This document shows positions 43,691 to 54,653 of a stretch of 64,000 bases of DNA, in pieces (position 1 is the stretch's first letter; each line of letters begins with the position of its first letter). Source of the stretch: an uncultured Alphaproteobacteria bacterium (lineage in GTDB: Bacteria; Pseudomonadota; Alphaproteobacteria; Rhizobiales; Xanthobacteraceae). Under the pieces are notes generated by a model, which was given only the letters and a program-made list of their open reading frames with translations, was not told the origin of the DNA and did not search any database. The stretch lies in the NCBI GenBank assembly GCA_963735835.1, contig CAVTNA010000032.1, positions 2,248 to 66,247 on the forward strand. The letters are read 5' to 3'. The translations under genes and the position numbers were made by a program.

Positions 43691-44866
43691 TTACCGCACC
43701 AGTTCCTTCATCGCGCCTTCCAGACCCTCGATCGTGATCGGGAACATGCGCTCCGAAAACAGCCGGCGAATGATGGTGGTGGATTCCGAATAGTCCCAGT
43801 GCCGCTGCGCCACCGGATTGAGCCACACCGCATGCGGATAGGTGCGCGTGATGCGATCGAGCCAGACCGACCCCGCCTCCTCGTTGACATGCTCGACCGA
43901 GCCGCCGGGCACCATGATCTCGTAAGGCGACATCGAGGCGTCGCCGACGAACACCACCTTGTAGTCGTGCGGATATTTGTGCAGCACGTCCCAGGTCGGC
44001 GTGCGGTCGGTAAAGCGGCGGCGGTTCTGCTTCCACACGCCTTCATAGAGGCAGTTGTGGAAGTAGAAATATTCCATGTGCTTGAATTCGGTCTTTGCCG
44101 CGGAGAACAGTTCCTCGACCTGCTCGATATGCGAATCCATCGAGCCGCCGATGTCGAAGAACACCAGCACCTTGACCGCGTTGCGCCGCTCGGGACGCAT
44201 CACGACGTCGAGATAGCCGTGGTTGGCGGTCTCCTTGATCGTGGTGTCGAGATCGAGTTCGTCCGGCGCGCCGGTGCGGGCGAATTTGCGCAAGCGCCGC
44301 AGCGCGATCTTGATGTTGCGGATGCCGAGTTCGACGTTGCCGTCGAGATCCTTGAACTCGCGGCGGTCCCACACCTTCACCGCGCGGTTGTTGCGGTTCT
44401 TCTCCTGGCCGATCCGCACGCCTTCGGGGTTGTAGCCGTGGGCGCCGAACGGCGAGGTGCCGGCGGTGCCGATCCACTTGTTGCCGCCCTGATGCCGGCC
44501 CTGCTGCTCCTTCAGGCGCTGGCGCAGCGTCTCCATGAGCTTGTCCCAGCCCATCGCCTCGATCTGCTTCTTCTCTTCCTCGGTCAGGTATTTCTCCGCG
44601 AGCTTCTTCAGCCATTCGGCCGGAATGTCCGCCTTCTCCATGGCGTCGAGCAGGCTCTCCAGCCCCTTGAACACGGTGCCGAACACGCGGTCGAACTTGT
44701 CGAGATTGCGCTCGTCCTTCACCAGCGCGGCGCGCGACAAATAGTAGAAATTCTCCACCGTCTGCTCGGCGAGGTCGGCGTTGAGCGCCTCCATCAGCGT
44801 CAGATATTCGCGCAAGGTCACCGGGACCTGCGCGTCGCGCAGCGATGTGAAGAATTGCAAAAACAT
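43691..44866 (-). CDS. VWA domain protein (CoxE-like)
   Basis: Intact; DIGGSMD MIDAS-like motif, YFHNC, FVGDASMSPYE, WLNP. Confidence 0.92.
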   Translation of the reverse strand: MFLQFFTSLRDAQVPVTLREYLTLMEALNADLAEQTVENFYYLSRAALVKDERNLDKFDRVFGTVFKGLESLLDAMEKADIPAEWLKKLAEKYLTEEEKKQIEAMGWDKLMETLRQRLKEQQGRHQGGNKWIGTAGTSPFGAHGYNPEGVRIGQEKNRNNRAVKVWDRREFKDLDGNVELGIRNIKIALRRLRKFARTGAPDELDLDTTIKETANHGYLDVVMRPERRNAVKVLVFFDIGGSMDSHIEQVEELFSAAKTEFKHMEYFYFHNCLYEGVWKQNRRRFTDRTPTWDVLHKYPHDYKVVFVGDASMSPYEIMVPGGSVEHVNEEAGSVWLDRITRTYPHAVWLNPVAQRHWDYSESTTIIRRLFSERMFPITIEGLEGAMKELVR

Positions 44867-44991
44867 GGATCACAGATTGCCCGCCGGACCGTGGACGTCA
44901 AGGGCAGACGAGGCCTAGACCTGCCGGGTTTTTCAACTAGAATTGAGCCCCAAGGCCTTTTCAAGGGGCGCTTTTCAACGGGGCATTCTCG

Positions 44992-45237
44992 ATGGGTATT
45001 TTAGCGGCACTCGTGATCGGCGCGATCGCCGGCTGGCTGGCCGGCCTGATCGTGCGCGGCGCCGGTTTCGGGCTGATCGGCAATATCGTGGTCGGCATCA
45101 TCGGCGCGCTGGTCGCAGGCTGGCTGTTGCCGCAGCTGCATGTCGAGCTGGCCGTCGGCACGCTCGGCTCGATCCTCGACGCCACCATCGGCGCGGTTGT
45201 CGTGCTCGTCATCCTCTCGCTGATCAAACGCGTTTGA
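44992..45237 (+). CDS. GlsB/YeaQ/YmgE family stress-response membrane protein
   Basis: IGAIAGWLAG...NIVVGIIGA...ATIGAVV. Confidence 0.92.
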   Translation: MGILAALVIGAIAGWLAGLIVRGAGFGLIGNIVVGIIGALVAGWLLPQLHVELAVGTLGSILDATIGAVVVLVILSLIKRV

Positions 45238-45343
45238 CAACGTCCCTTCATCCCCGACAGCGACCGCCGGACCGGCGGTCGTTTCCTGTTCAGGCCAGAG
45301 GCGCGCCGGCGCGCTCAAGAACAAACAACAAGGCAAATGCTCG

Positions 45344-46187
45344 ATGAAATTTACCGGCACCAAGGACTACGTCGCCACCGATGACCTCAAGATCGCCGTC
45401 AACGCCTCGATCGTGCTCGAGCGCCCGCTGCTGATCAAGGGCGAGCCCGGCACCGGCAAGACCGTGCTGGCCGAGGAAGTCGCCAAGGCGCTCGGCGCGC
45501 CGCTTCTGACCTGGCACATCAAGTCCACCACCAAGGCGCAGCAGGGCCTTTACGAATACGACGCGGTGTCGCGGCTGCGCGACAGCCAGCTCGGCGATGC
45601 CAGGGTGTCCGACATCTCCAACTACATCAAGCGCGGCAAGTTGTGGGACGCCTTCACCCACGAGAAGCGCCCGGTGCTCCTGATCGACGAAATCGACAAG
45701 GCCGACATCGAATTTCCCAACGACCTCCTGCTCGAACTCGATCGCATGGAGTTCTTCGTCTACGAGACCGGCGAGAACATCAAGGCGAAGCTGCGCCCGA
45801 TCGTGATGATCACCTCGAACAACGAGAAGGAATTGCCGGACGCCTTCCTGCGCCGCTGCTTCTTCCACTACATCAAGTTTCCCGACGACGACACCATGCA
45901 GCCGGATCGTCGACGTGCATTTCCCCGACATCAAGAAGCGCCTGGTGGAAGAGGCGTTGCGGATCTTCTTCGAGGTGCGCGAGGTGCCGGGCCTGAAGAA
46001 GAAGCCGTCGACCTCGGAACTGCTGGACTGGCTGAAGCTCCTGCTCAACGAGGACATGACGCCGGAAATGCTGAGGGAGCGCGATCCGCGCAAGCTGATC
46101 CCGCCGCTGCACGGCGCGCTGCTGAAGAACGAGCAGGACGTGCATCTGTTCGAGCGGCTGGCGTTTTTGAGCCGGAGAGAGGTGTGA
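45344..46187 (+). CDS. MoxR-family AAA+ ATPase (frameshifted)
   Basis: GEPGTGKT, LLIDEIDKAD, TSNNEKELPDAFLRRC, KKPSTSELLDW. Confidence 0.93.
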
Positions 46188-46262
46188 GGGGATTCTGGCC
46201 GCGCAATCTTTCATCATCGTCTCCGCCTATGGTGTGGCACACCGCGCTCCTCCAGGAAGAAG

Positions 46263-46378
46263 TCGTCATCCGCCAGCGCCTTGCGAGCGGAGCTAGCGGG
46301 TATCCAGTACGCCGAAGCCTTCAATTCCATCACCGTCTTCTCGGGAATACTGGATCACCCGCTTCGCGGGGATGACGG
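46263..46378. repeat. Degenerate REP-like element
   Basis: GTCATCC...GGATGAC ends with internal ATCCAGTA/TACTGGAT pair. Confidence 0.6.
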
Positions 46379-46496
46379 CTGAGAGTGAGGCGTGCATTTG
46401 CACGCGTAAGTCACTTCGGATTCAATTTTTCCAACAGCCCGCCATCGCTACGGCAACAGTTCCCCTCCCCCGCGAAGCGGCGGGGAGGGGAACTCA

Positions 46497-47015
46497 CGTG
46501 GACGACTTCGCGATCTCGCCGCGCGTATTCGCCCGAGGTTTGCTCATTAACTTCCCGCCCTCTCCAACAAGAGGGCGCAGGGAATGCCGGACGCTCGATG
46601 CGCCCGATAGCCGCGTGTGCGTAGTGGTAGAACGCACACGCGTTAGTCAGGTCACACCGGAAATCACCCGGCATTCCCCGCGCAATGGTTTTAACGGTTT
46701 CCTTCGCGCTCTCCCCGGTGACCGGGCTTTTTTGCCACCGTCACTCCCGAGAAGCTTGCTTCTCAGGAGCTTGACGCCAGCGTCGGGGCGTCAGGACCAC
46801 ACGACTTCTCCGTCCGCATCAGGCGCGCTCGTCTTGCGGCACCATCCGCGTCCACCGCATCCCGCCCCGCGTTCGTGACGTTGCGCAACGCCCCTCTGTG
46901 GGACGGGACGGCGCGGATATAGCGCTGATTTGCGTTTCGGAAAAACAGAAATATTTTTGCGAAGGGGGCTGGACAGGCCAGAGCAAGCGACTGATTTGCC
47001 CGTCGGGCAAATCAG
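46497..47015 (-). repeat. ~500-nt structured dispersed repeat, copy B
   Basis: Reverse-complement homolog of 26318-26815; ends in the perfect palindrome CTGATTTGCCCG-T-CGGGCAAATCAG. Confidence 0.85.
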
Positions 47016-47096
47016 CATGCGGCAAGAGCGGATTGCTTCGTGGCGGAGCCTGTCATCCGCCGCGCGTTCGGGCGTACCCGCGCGGCCAACCAGTCG

Positions 47097-47870
47097 TCAA
47101 TGCGCAGTATCACTCCTCCCGCGCGGTTTGCGAAAGATGAAATTGTTGCAATAGTCCTTCCTCTTCCAGAACCATTTGCTGCCCTGGCGTTGATGAATGG
47201 CGGCATCGAATTGCGAGATCGGGAGAAGTTGGTTGCGGCACACGAAACTCCCCTCGTAGCCGAGGCCGGTGAGATAGGAAAAAACGTCCCCGACACTGCC
47301 GCGCGCGAGATGGCGGTTCTCGCATTCGAAAACCAGTAATGGCGCCTGCCGGCGCAAAATCCGCTCGGCGCCCCTTAGGAGACCCAGTTCGGCGCCTTCA
47401 ACGTCTATCTTGAGTAGCGCGACCTTATCATTCTTCTCGAAATAGTCGTCCAGCGCGACCACCGGCACCGACAGCGTTGTTAACGCTTTCAGCTTCCATT
47501 TCCCCGCGCACGAGCGACGCACCGGGCTGATGGCCGATGGCAGGAACAGATCCTGGTTACCGGAATGCGAATAGACCGCCTTGGCTTCAACCGTCACGTT
47601 ACCAAGCCCGATCACGCGGCAGATGTGGACCAGATAGCGGGCCAGTTCCGGCTGCGGCTCGAACGCGACCACCCGGCCATCCCGGACCCACCACGAAAGC
47701 CAATAAATGAAGCTGCCCTTGTTGGCGCCGATATCACAAACGATATCGCCTGGACGAAGATGCTGCCAGATTGCGACGAACTCCGCTCGCTGATCGCGAA
47801 GGAGAGCCTTCAGCGCGCGAACCCGAAACCGGATGCTCTCGGTCGTAAACCAGGCCTGGAAAATAGACAC
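47097..47870 (-). CDS. FkbM-family methyltransferase
   Basis: DIGANKG, VAFEPQP, LKIDVEGAE. Confidence 0.9.
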   Translation of the reverse strand: MSIFQAWFTTESIRFRVRALKALLRDQRAEFVAIWQHLRPGDIVCDIGANKGSFIYWLSWWVRDGRVVAFEPQPELARYLVHICRVIGLGNVTVEAKAVYSHSGNQDLFLPSAISPVRRSCAGKWKLKALTTLSVPVVALDDYFEKNDKVALLKIDVEGAELGLLRGAERILRRQAPLLVFECENRHLARGSVGDVFSYLTGLGYEGSFVCRNQLLPISQFDAAIHQRQGSKWFWKRKDYCNNFIFRKPRGRSDTAH

Positions 47871-48167
47871 CGGTTAGCATTCCCCTTTTGGGCATTTTGG
47901 CCCACCGCCTTGCTCCTTTCTAGCCATCGGAGGTTTCAATGGATAGACGAGAGCTGGGGGTCTTGCGGGAACGCTCTTGCCGGACTAGTTTGACCTACCG
48001 GGGAAAAGCAGGCTCCCCACCAGACGGCCCTTCCCGTCCAAGCTCTGCGCAACACTCGACGTGTCGAGGAGATTGCGTATGGACGAAGCCAGGGCCGTTT
48101 TTCTTTTATCCCGTCTCCCGATCGTGGTCAGCGCAATGGATGGCGCACGTGGCGCCGTGAGGCCGTC

Positions 48168-49065
48168 ATGCCGCTGAAAAAGATCGGAACCATCGCCATA
48201 CCAAATGCCGCGGGCAGCGCCTTCGATCACGGCGCGTTCGACGCAAGGAGCAGACGGGTCTTCATTGCCCACACTGCGCGCGACTGCCTTGAAGTGATCG
48301 ACCATGACCTGGGCAAACACATCGCGACGTTGCCGGGATTTCCCGGCGTGGCGGGTGCCGTCGCCGACGACGGGCAGGTTCTGGTGACCAACCGTGGCAG
48401 CGGCCAGTGTCGCCTTCTCGATGCCGGCACCCTAGAAACACCGTGCCTTGTTCAAGACCGGCGGCAGCCAAACGGCGCTGTGGTCGTCGCCCGATCCGGC
48501 GTCGCCATCGCCGCCTGCATCGGCGACGACTATGGAAACGCCGACGCTTCAGCTATACGGATTGAGGGATCACCGACATGTGTCGATCGACTTGCCGGGG
48601 CGGCCGCGCTGGTGCGTCACCGATGCTGCCGCGGAGCGAGTGTTCCTGTGCATCCGCGAGCCATCGATGGTGCTGGTGGCCCGCTTGCCCGATCTCGGCG
48701 CGGTGACGCATTGGAAAGTGCCCTCGGCAGGCGCACACGGCCTCGACATCGATCATGTCCAGAGGACGGCTTTACGTCGCCTGCGACGACTCGGCCCTGG
48801 TCGAGATGAGCAGCATCTCGGGCGAAGTCACCAACGTCTGGCCGATCGCAGGCTCGCCCGATGTCACGTTCTTCAACCCGGCGACCGGTCTGGTTCACGT
48901 CGCGATCGGGGAGCCCGGGCTGGTCGAAACCATCGATCCGCGCAACGGCGGCGGCACGCAGACCATGACCGGCCCGGCGCTCATACGACGGTGCTGGTGC
49001 CGCCGGACAGGCTCTATGTGATTTCACCCGCGCACGGCGGAATTCTGGTCCTTTCGGACAACTGA
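48168..49065 (+). CDS. YncE-like beta-propeller protein (frameshifted)
   Basis: FDHGAFD...VFIAHTA...VLVTNRG...GAHGLDID...LYVACD...PDVTFFN...GAHT blade repeats. Confidence 0.75.
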
Positions 49066-49103
49066 TGTCCGACCGAACTCAGGAACTGCAAAGGAAACTC
49101 AGC

Positions 49104-49568
49104 ATGAAATGGATCACCCGCGAGAAGGTCAAGGTCGATCGCGTCGCCTGCCCATGGCTCATCAAGAAATTCGTCGACAAGGACGCCGAGTTCATGTTCG
49201 TGCCCGCCGACAAGGTGATGACGGAGGCGAAGCGCCTCGACGCCATCCCCTACGACGTCAAGGACGTCGAGCTCGGCCATCACGGCAAGGAATGCTCGTT
49301 CGAAGCGATCCTGAAGAAGTACAAGCTGACCGGCGATCCGGCGCTGGTGCTGCTGGGGCGGATCGTCAACGGCGCCGACACCGACAACACGCTGTACCAT
49401 CAGCCGGAGGGACCCGGCCTCGAAGCCGTCGCCGAAGGCTTCCGGCATCTCGGGTTCAAGGACGACCACGAGCACAATGCCGCGGAGTGGATCGTCTACG
49501 ACGCGCTCTATGCCTATTGCCGCGAGATGGTCAAGCGCGGAAAACCGCATGGCGAGTTCATGAATTGA
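49104..49568 (+). CDS. Chromate-resistance ChrB-like domain protein
   Basis: MKWITR..KVDRVACPWLIKKFVD.DAEF...H..ECSFEAILKKY...IVNGAD...YDALY. Confidence 0.88.
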   Translation: MKWITREKVKVDRVACPWLIKKFVDKDAEFMFVPADKVMTEAKRLDAIPYDVKDVELGHHGKECSFEAILKKYKLTGDPALVLLGRIVNGADTDNTLYHQPEGPGLEAVAEGFRHLGFKDDHEHNAAEWIVYDALYAYCREMVKRGKPHGEFMN

Positions 49569-49627
49569 TACTCGCGCGTTTGCGGGCGCACGAACTGGTG
49601 CTCCGGCGTCAACAGATCGCCGAAGTC

Positions 49628-50062
49628 TCAAACGGACGGCGGCGCAACAGCGATATAGGGAATGCAGGCCACGACAGCGGCCAGCTGGACCGCATTGCTC
49701 AGCATGCCACCCCAATGCAGCCGGCGCAGCCGGCGCACGGCATCGGCGTCGCCAGCGTCCCTGTCACTGAGCCGGGCATCCATCTGCCGCAGGAACCAGC
49801 GACGCCACAACGCCGCGAAAGCCGAGATCAGGCCAATGCCGATGGCTAAACCCAGCCGACCGGTCGCGGCAACGGCCATCGTCCCGACCAATCCCGCAAT
49901 GGCCACGGTCAGGAAATAGCCGCTGAACATGGCGCGCAACAGCAAGGTGACAGGCGGGATGTCCAGCTTCACCAGCAGAAAGGCGGGCGCCGCCAGCAGG
50001 AAATAGACCATCGGAAGCAGCAGGATGATGGTCGCGAACAGGGCGACGTTATCTGGCGTCAT
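49628..50062 (-). CDS. Hypothetical membrane protein
   Basis: Intact, about four TM segments; AAGGGAG RBS. Confidence 0.75.
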   Translation of the reverse strand: MTPDNVALFATIILLLPMVYFLLAAPAFLLVKLDIPPVTLLLRAMFSGYFLTVAIAGLVGTMAVAATGRLGLAIGIGLISAFAALWRRWFLRQMDARLSDRDAGDADAVRRLRRLHWGGMLSNAVQLAAVVACIPYIAVAPPSV

Positions 50063-50114
50063 CCGAACTCCCTTTCTTTTCGCCGCCATTGGGCATTGGG
50101 CAGGCCACCGCCGG

Positions 50115-51739
50115 CTACGCCGTCGTCGCGCTGCGGCCGCGGATCAGATCCGAGGCCTTGTCGGCGATCATCAGGGTCGAGGCATTGAGATTGGCCGAGA
50201 TCATCCGCGGCATGATCGAGGCGTCGATCACGCGCAAGCCTTGCAGCCCGTGCACGCGCAGCTGGTCGTCGACCACGGCCCATGTGCTGTCGGCCGGCCC
50301 CATGCGGCAGGTGCAGCCGGGATGAAACGTCGTGGTGCCGCGCTGGGTTGCCGCCGCCAGGAATTCGTCGTCGCTCTGCACGCCGGGTCCGGGAAAATCC
50401 TCATAGGCGTAGTAGGGCGAAAGCGGGCTTGAGGCGAGCAGCCGCCGCGCCAGCTTCATGCCGGCGACGACGACGCGGCGGTCGAGCTCGGCGACCAGAT
50501 AGTTGGTCTGAATGATCGGCGGCTCGAACGGGTCGGCCGAGCGGGCGCGGACATAGCCGCGGCTTTCGGGCCGCTGCTGCCAGGACGCGACCGTCATGCC
50601 GGGCTCGTCCTCGAGCTGGCCCTGCACGCCTTCCTTGTAGCTCGCGGGCGTGAAGGTCAGCTGCAGATCGGAACTCTCGGTGGTCTCGCCGGAATGCCAG
50701 AAGCAATAGACCATGGTCGGCGACAGCGACAGCAGGCCGCGCCGCGTGGTCGCCCATTTGATCGCTTCCCCCACCAGGCTGAGGCCGCGCCGGCGTTCGT
50801 TGATGGTCTTGATGTTCTTGACGCGGGCGACCGAGCGCGGCGCGTAATGGTCCTGCAATCCCTCGCCGACGCCGGGCAGTGCATGGCGCACCTCGATGCC
50901 GAGCGAGGCCAACAGATCCGGCGATCCGACGCCGGACAATTGCAGCAGTTGCGGCGAGTTGTAGGTGCCGCCTGACAGGATCACTTCCTTGCTCGCGCGC
51001 ACCTCGACCGGCGTGCCGCCCTTGCCGCCCCTGACGTAGCGCACGCCGACCGCGCGCTTGCCCTCGAAGATGATGCTGGTCGCATGCGCGTGCGTGCGCA
51101 CATGGACATTCGGCCGCTTCATCGCCGGATTCAGAAACGCGGTCGCGGCGCTGACGCGCAGGCCGTTCTTGATCGTGCGCTGGGCGTAGGAGACGCCCTC
51201 CTGGATCGCGCCGTTGTAATCGGGATTTCTGGGAATGCCGAGTGAGATCGCGCCGGCCATGAACGCCTCGCAGAGCGGGTCCTGCCAGTCCATGGTGGTG
51301 ACGGTCAGATTGCCGTCGATCGACCGCGAAAGGCGTCATCGCCCTCGCCGATCCGCCGCTCCAGCCGCTTGAAATAGGGCAGCACGTCCGGATAGCCCCA
51401 GCCGCGATTGCCGAGCTGCGCCCAGGTGTCGAAATCCTGGCGCTGGCCGCGGTTGTAGATGTGGCCGTTGATCGAGGAGGAGCCGCCGAGCGTCTTGCCG
51501 CGCGGCGCATAGATGCTCCGTCCCCCGGTCCAGGGACCCGGCTCCTGCTGGTAGGCCCAGTTGATGCTCTTCATGTGAAAGGTTTTGATGAAACCCGCCG
51601 GCAGATGGATGTAGGGATGCCAGTCGCGGGGACCGGCTTCGAGCACGCAGATGCTGTTGCCCTGATCCTCGCTCAGCCGGTTGGCGAGCACGCATCCGGC
51701 GGAGCCCGCTCCCACGATCACATAATCGAATGTATCCAT
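50115..51739 (-). CDS. GMC-family oxidoreductase (frameshifted)
   Basis: GAGSAG, RGKTLGGSSSING, SPQLLQLSGVG, HPGCTCRMG, LRVIDAS. Confidence 0.93.
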
Positions 51740-51771
51740 CGTCTCGCTTCCTGGCGTCTTTTTATCTTTGA

Positions 51772-51817
51772 CGCGTTTTCTTCACGCGAACCGGTGCCCA
51801 CTTCGCTCGAAAACGCT
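51772..51817. repeat. Short palindromic dispersed element
   Basis: GCGTTTTCTTCACGCGAACCGGTGCCCACTTCGCTCGAAAACGC with complementary ends. Confidence 0.6.
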
Positions 51818-52415
51818 ATGGACGCGCCTTTTCATTCAGTTGATAGTTCAGATGCGCCCTCACCGTCGGCCATTCGCTGGCGATGATGCTGTAGACCACG
51901 GTGTCGCGCAGCGTGCCGTTCGATGCAAGCTGATGGCTGCGCAGGATGCCGTCGAGCTTGGCGCCGAGCCGCTCGATGCCGCGCCGGCTCTGGTGATTGA
52001 AGAAATGGGTGCGGAATTCGACCGCGATGCAGTTCGAGCTTTTCGAAGGCATGGCGTCAGCAACAGCAATTTGCACTGGGTATTGAGCGCGCTGCGCTGC
52101 ACCCGCTTGGCGTACCAGGTCGAACCGATCTCGACGCGCCGGTTCGGCGCATCGACGTTCATATAGGTGGTCATGCCCGCGATCTTGCCGTCGGTATCGA
52201 ACACCGTCCAGGGCAGCATCGAGCCCGCCGCCTGCAGGCCGAGCCGGCGGTCGATCTCCTTGCCCATGTCTTCGGGCTTGGGCACGAAGGTGTACCAGAG
52301 CTTCCACAACTCGCCGTCCTTCACCGCCTCCGTCAGCCCGTCGAGGTGATCGTGCGACAGCGGTTTTAGCTGCGCGTAAGCGGCCGCTCAGCGTCACCGG
52401 TTCAAGCCAGGGCAT
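51816..52415 (-). CDS. GNAT/RimJ-like N-acetyltransferase (frameshifted)
   Basis: RVEIGSTWY, AVEFRTHFFNHQSRRGIERLGAKLDGILR, RDTVVYSI. Confidence 0.9.
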   Translation of the reverse strand: MPWLEPVTLSGRLRAAKTAVARSPRRADGGGEGRRVVEALVHLRAQARRHGQGDRPPARPAGGGLDAALDGVRYRRQDRGHDHLYERRCAEPARRDRFDLVRQAGAAQRAQYPVQIAVADAMPSKSSNCIAVEFRTHFFNHQSRRGIERLGAKLDGILRSHQLASNGTLRDTVVYSIIASEWPTVRAHLNYQLNEKARP

Positions 52416-52429
52416 CGAGCACTCCGTCT

Positions 52430-52532
52430 CCCTCATCCGAGGAGCGCATCGCGAAGCGCGTCTCGAAGGATGAGGCCAATCTTCGTCATGGTTCGAGACG
52501 CGTGCGCAAGACGCGACGCCCTCGCAATGACG
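52430..52532. repeat. REP/RIME-like element
   Basis: CCTCATCC...GTCTCGAAGGATGAGG followed by TCATGGTTCGAGACG...CAATGA. Confidence 0.65.
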
Positions 52533-52552
52533 ATTGTCGCTTTTCGCAACCA

Positions 52553-53484
52553 TCACTTGTTCAGAAAATTCAGCGGCAGGCCGGATCGCGCCCAGTCCAT
52601 CGCGATCAGTTCGCCCTTGCCCGACAGCGTGATGTAGGCGGTCTTCAGCTCGGGTCCGCCGAAGGCGATGTTGGTGGTGACGCGGTCGCCGGTCGGCACC
52701 TGCTCGACGATGGTGCCGTCAGGCGCGATCACGGAAATGCAGCCCGAGATCAGGGTCGCCACGCAGACATTGCCTGACGCTTCCACCGCCAGCGAGTTCG
52801 AACATCTGGTAGCCGCCAAGGCCCGCGATCGGTTTTCCCCGCTCGCCGCGATAGATCACGTCGCGCGGCTTGACCGTGCCGGGCGCGGACAGATCGAACG
52901 CCCACAGCCGCGCCGTCGGCGTTTCCGCGACATAGACGGTGTTCTCGTCCGGCGACAGGCCGATGCCGTTGGCCGGCAGCATGCCGAACACGCCCTCGAC
53001 GATCTCCTGCATGCCGGGCTTGATGTAGTAGAACGCGCCGACATCCATGTCGCGGGCGCGGCGCTTGCCGAGATCGGTGAACCAGAGCCCGCCGTGCCGG
53101 TCGAACACCAGATCGTTCGGCCCCTTCAAGCGGATGCTCGCCGCATTTGGTGAACAGGGTTTCGACCTTGCCGGTTGCAAGATCGACACGCTGGATCGAG
53201 CCGCCGATATATTCATGCGGCTCCGGCGCGCCCGGCATCATGGTTCCGCGCGAGGGGATCCAGCTGAAGCCGCCATTGTTGCAGACATACATCTTGCCGT
53301 CAGGCCCGAGCGCCGCGCCGTTGGGGCCGCCGGGAATTTGCGCGACCACCTCCTTGCGCCCGTCGGGCCAGACCCGCGTCAGCCTTTGGCCGCGAATTTC
53401 GACCAGCACCACCGATCCGTCCGGCATCACCACCGGCCCTTCCGGAAATTCCAGACCGGTGGCGAGCACGCGAACGCTGGACAT
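52553..53484 (-). CDS. SMP-30/gluconolactonase family protein (frameshifted)
   Basis: GLEFPEGP, GGPNGAA, GPNDL, ANGIGLSPD, TNIAFGG. Confidence 0.92.
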
Positions 53485-53636
53485 CAGATCCTCCCGGCTT
53501 TCTTTTGGCTGCAGGCGGATTTGCAAGCTGATTTCCGCACGCGCAACGATTTCGTTGCGTCATGTTATGGCAAAGTCGCTATCGCTTGCCAAGCAATCAC
53601 CGGCACCAGATCGCGCAAGGCAGCCCAGCGTACGGT

Positions 53637-54470
53637 CTATTCCCGCACGGGCACCCAGATTTCCAGCCCGCCATTGCCGGTGAGCGGATCGAACTTCTCG
53701 TCGTAGCGCTCGAAGTTGGGCGCATCGGCCGCTTTCAGTCCGGAGGCCGGCAGCCAGTGATTCCAGATCGTGTTGATGGTGCGGCGAATGGTCGAGATGT
53801 GGTCGCGGTGGGTAAAGACCGCGTAGCGCTGTTCGGGAATCCGCACCCTTGAGAATTCGCGCGGCAGGTCGGAGAAGTCGGACACTTCGACGCCGGCGAT
53901 GTAGTCGAAATTGCCGGCGTCGTCGCCGTTGCAGCAGACGCCGTAGGCCACCTGCCCGATCCGACCGGGAATATTGGCGACCGACTGGTGGAAGCGCTGC
54001 CACAGGCCGGGAATGCCGGCGCCGTTCTCCTGGCTGACGCGCTCGCTGAGGCCGGCGACGAGTAGCGGCTTGCTGGTTTCAAAACGCGGCGCTTGAAGAT
54101 GGTCTGTGCGGGTTGAATCCATGGGGATCGGCTCCTGAAGTTTGAGATGATCGAGGCGCTTTGACGCCCGGACCGCTTCGGGCGTGACGCCGAAATGGTC
54201 GCGGAACGCGCGGGTGAATGCTTCGTGAGAGCCGTAATCCGCATCCAGCGCCAGCTGAAGGATATCAGGCGCGCCGGCAGCCAGCGCGCGCGCCGCCTCG
54301 CTGAGCCGCCGGGCACGCACATAGCGCATCACCGACAGCCCCGTCGCGGCGGCGAACGCCCGCACCATGTGGAAGCGCGAGATTCCCGCAACGCCCGCGA
54401 TCTCGTCGAGGGTCAACACGTCGGCGAGATGGCTTTCGATAAACCAGAGCGCCTTCTGGGCAGGATTCAT
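53637..54470 (-). CDS. AraC-family regulator with GyrI-like effector domain
   Basis: N-terminal double HTH (ISRFH...YGSHEAFTRAF); C-terminal GyrI-like YAVFTH...FERYD...EIWVPV. Confidence 0.92.
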   Translation of the reverse strand: MNPAQKALWFIESHLADVLTLDEIAGVAGISRFHMVRAFAAATGLSVMRYVRARRLSEAARALAAGAPDILQLALDADYGSHEAFTRAFRDHFGVTPEAVRASKRLDHLKLQEPIPMDSTRTDHLQAPRFETSKPLLVAGLSERVSQENGAGIPGLWQRFHQSVANIPGRIGQVAYGVCCNGDDAGNFDYIAGVEVSDFSDLPREFSRVRIPEQRYAVFTHRDHISTIRRTINTIWNHWLPASGLKAADAPNFERYDEKFDPLTGNGGLEIWVPVRE

Positions 54471-54653
54471 GGACGATCGGCCTTCATTCGAAGCGCGCGC
54501 ATCATGATCGTTTGGCGCGCGCCGCATTTGACAGTCCTTGCTCTCGTTCGCGGCTTCGCTGAACTGTGTTGCGGCATCGGCGAATCGTTCGGACCCGCAA
54601 TCCGGCGGATCAGAAATGCGGGCACGCAATCAGGCCTGGCGATCATCGCCGCC

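Noticed and set aside
47940-48000. Fluoride riboswitch upstream of the ChrB-domain operon
   Set aside because: Only a TGACCTAC fragment resembles the consensus; the 5' stem and pseudoknot are missing, and a promoter/operator reading fits better.
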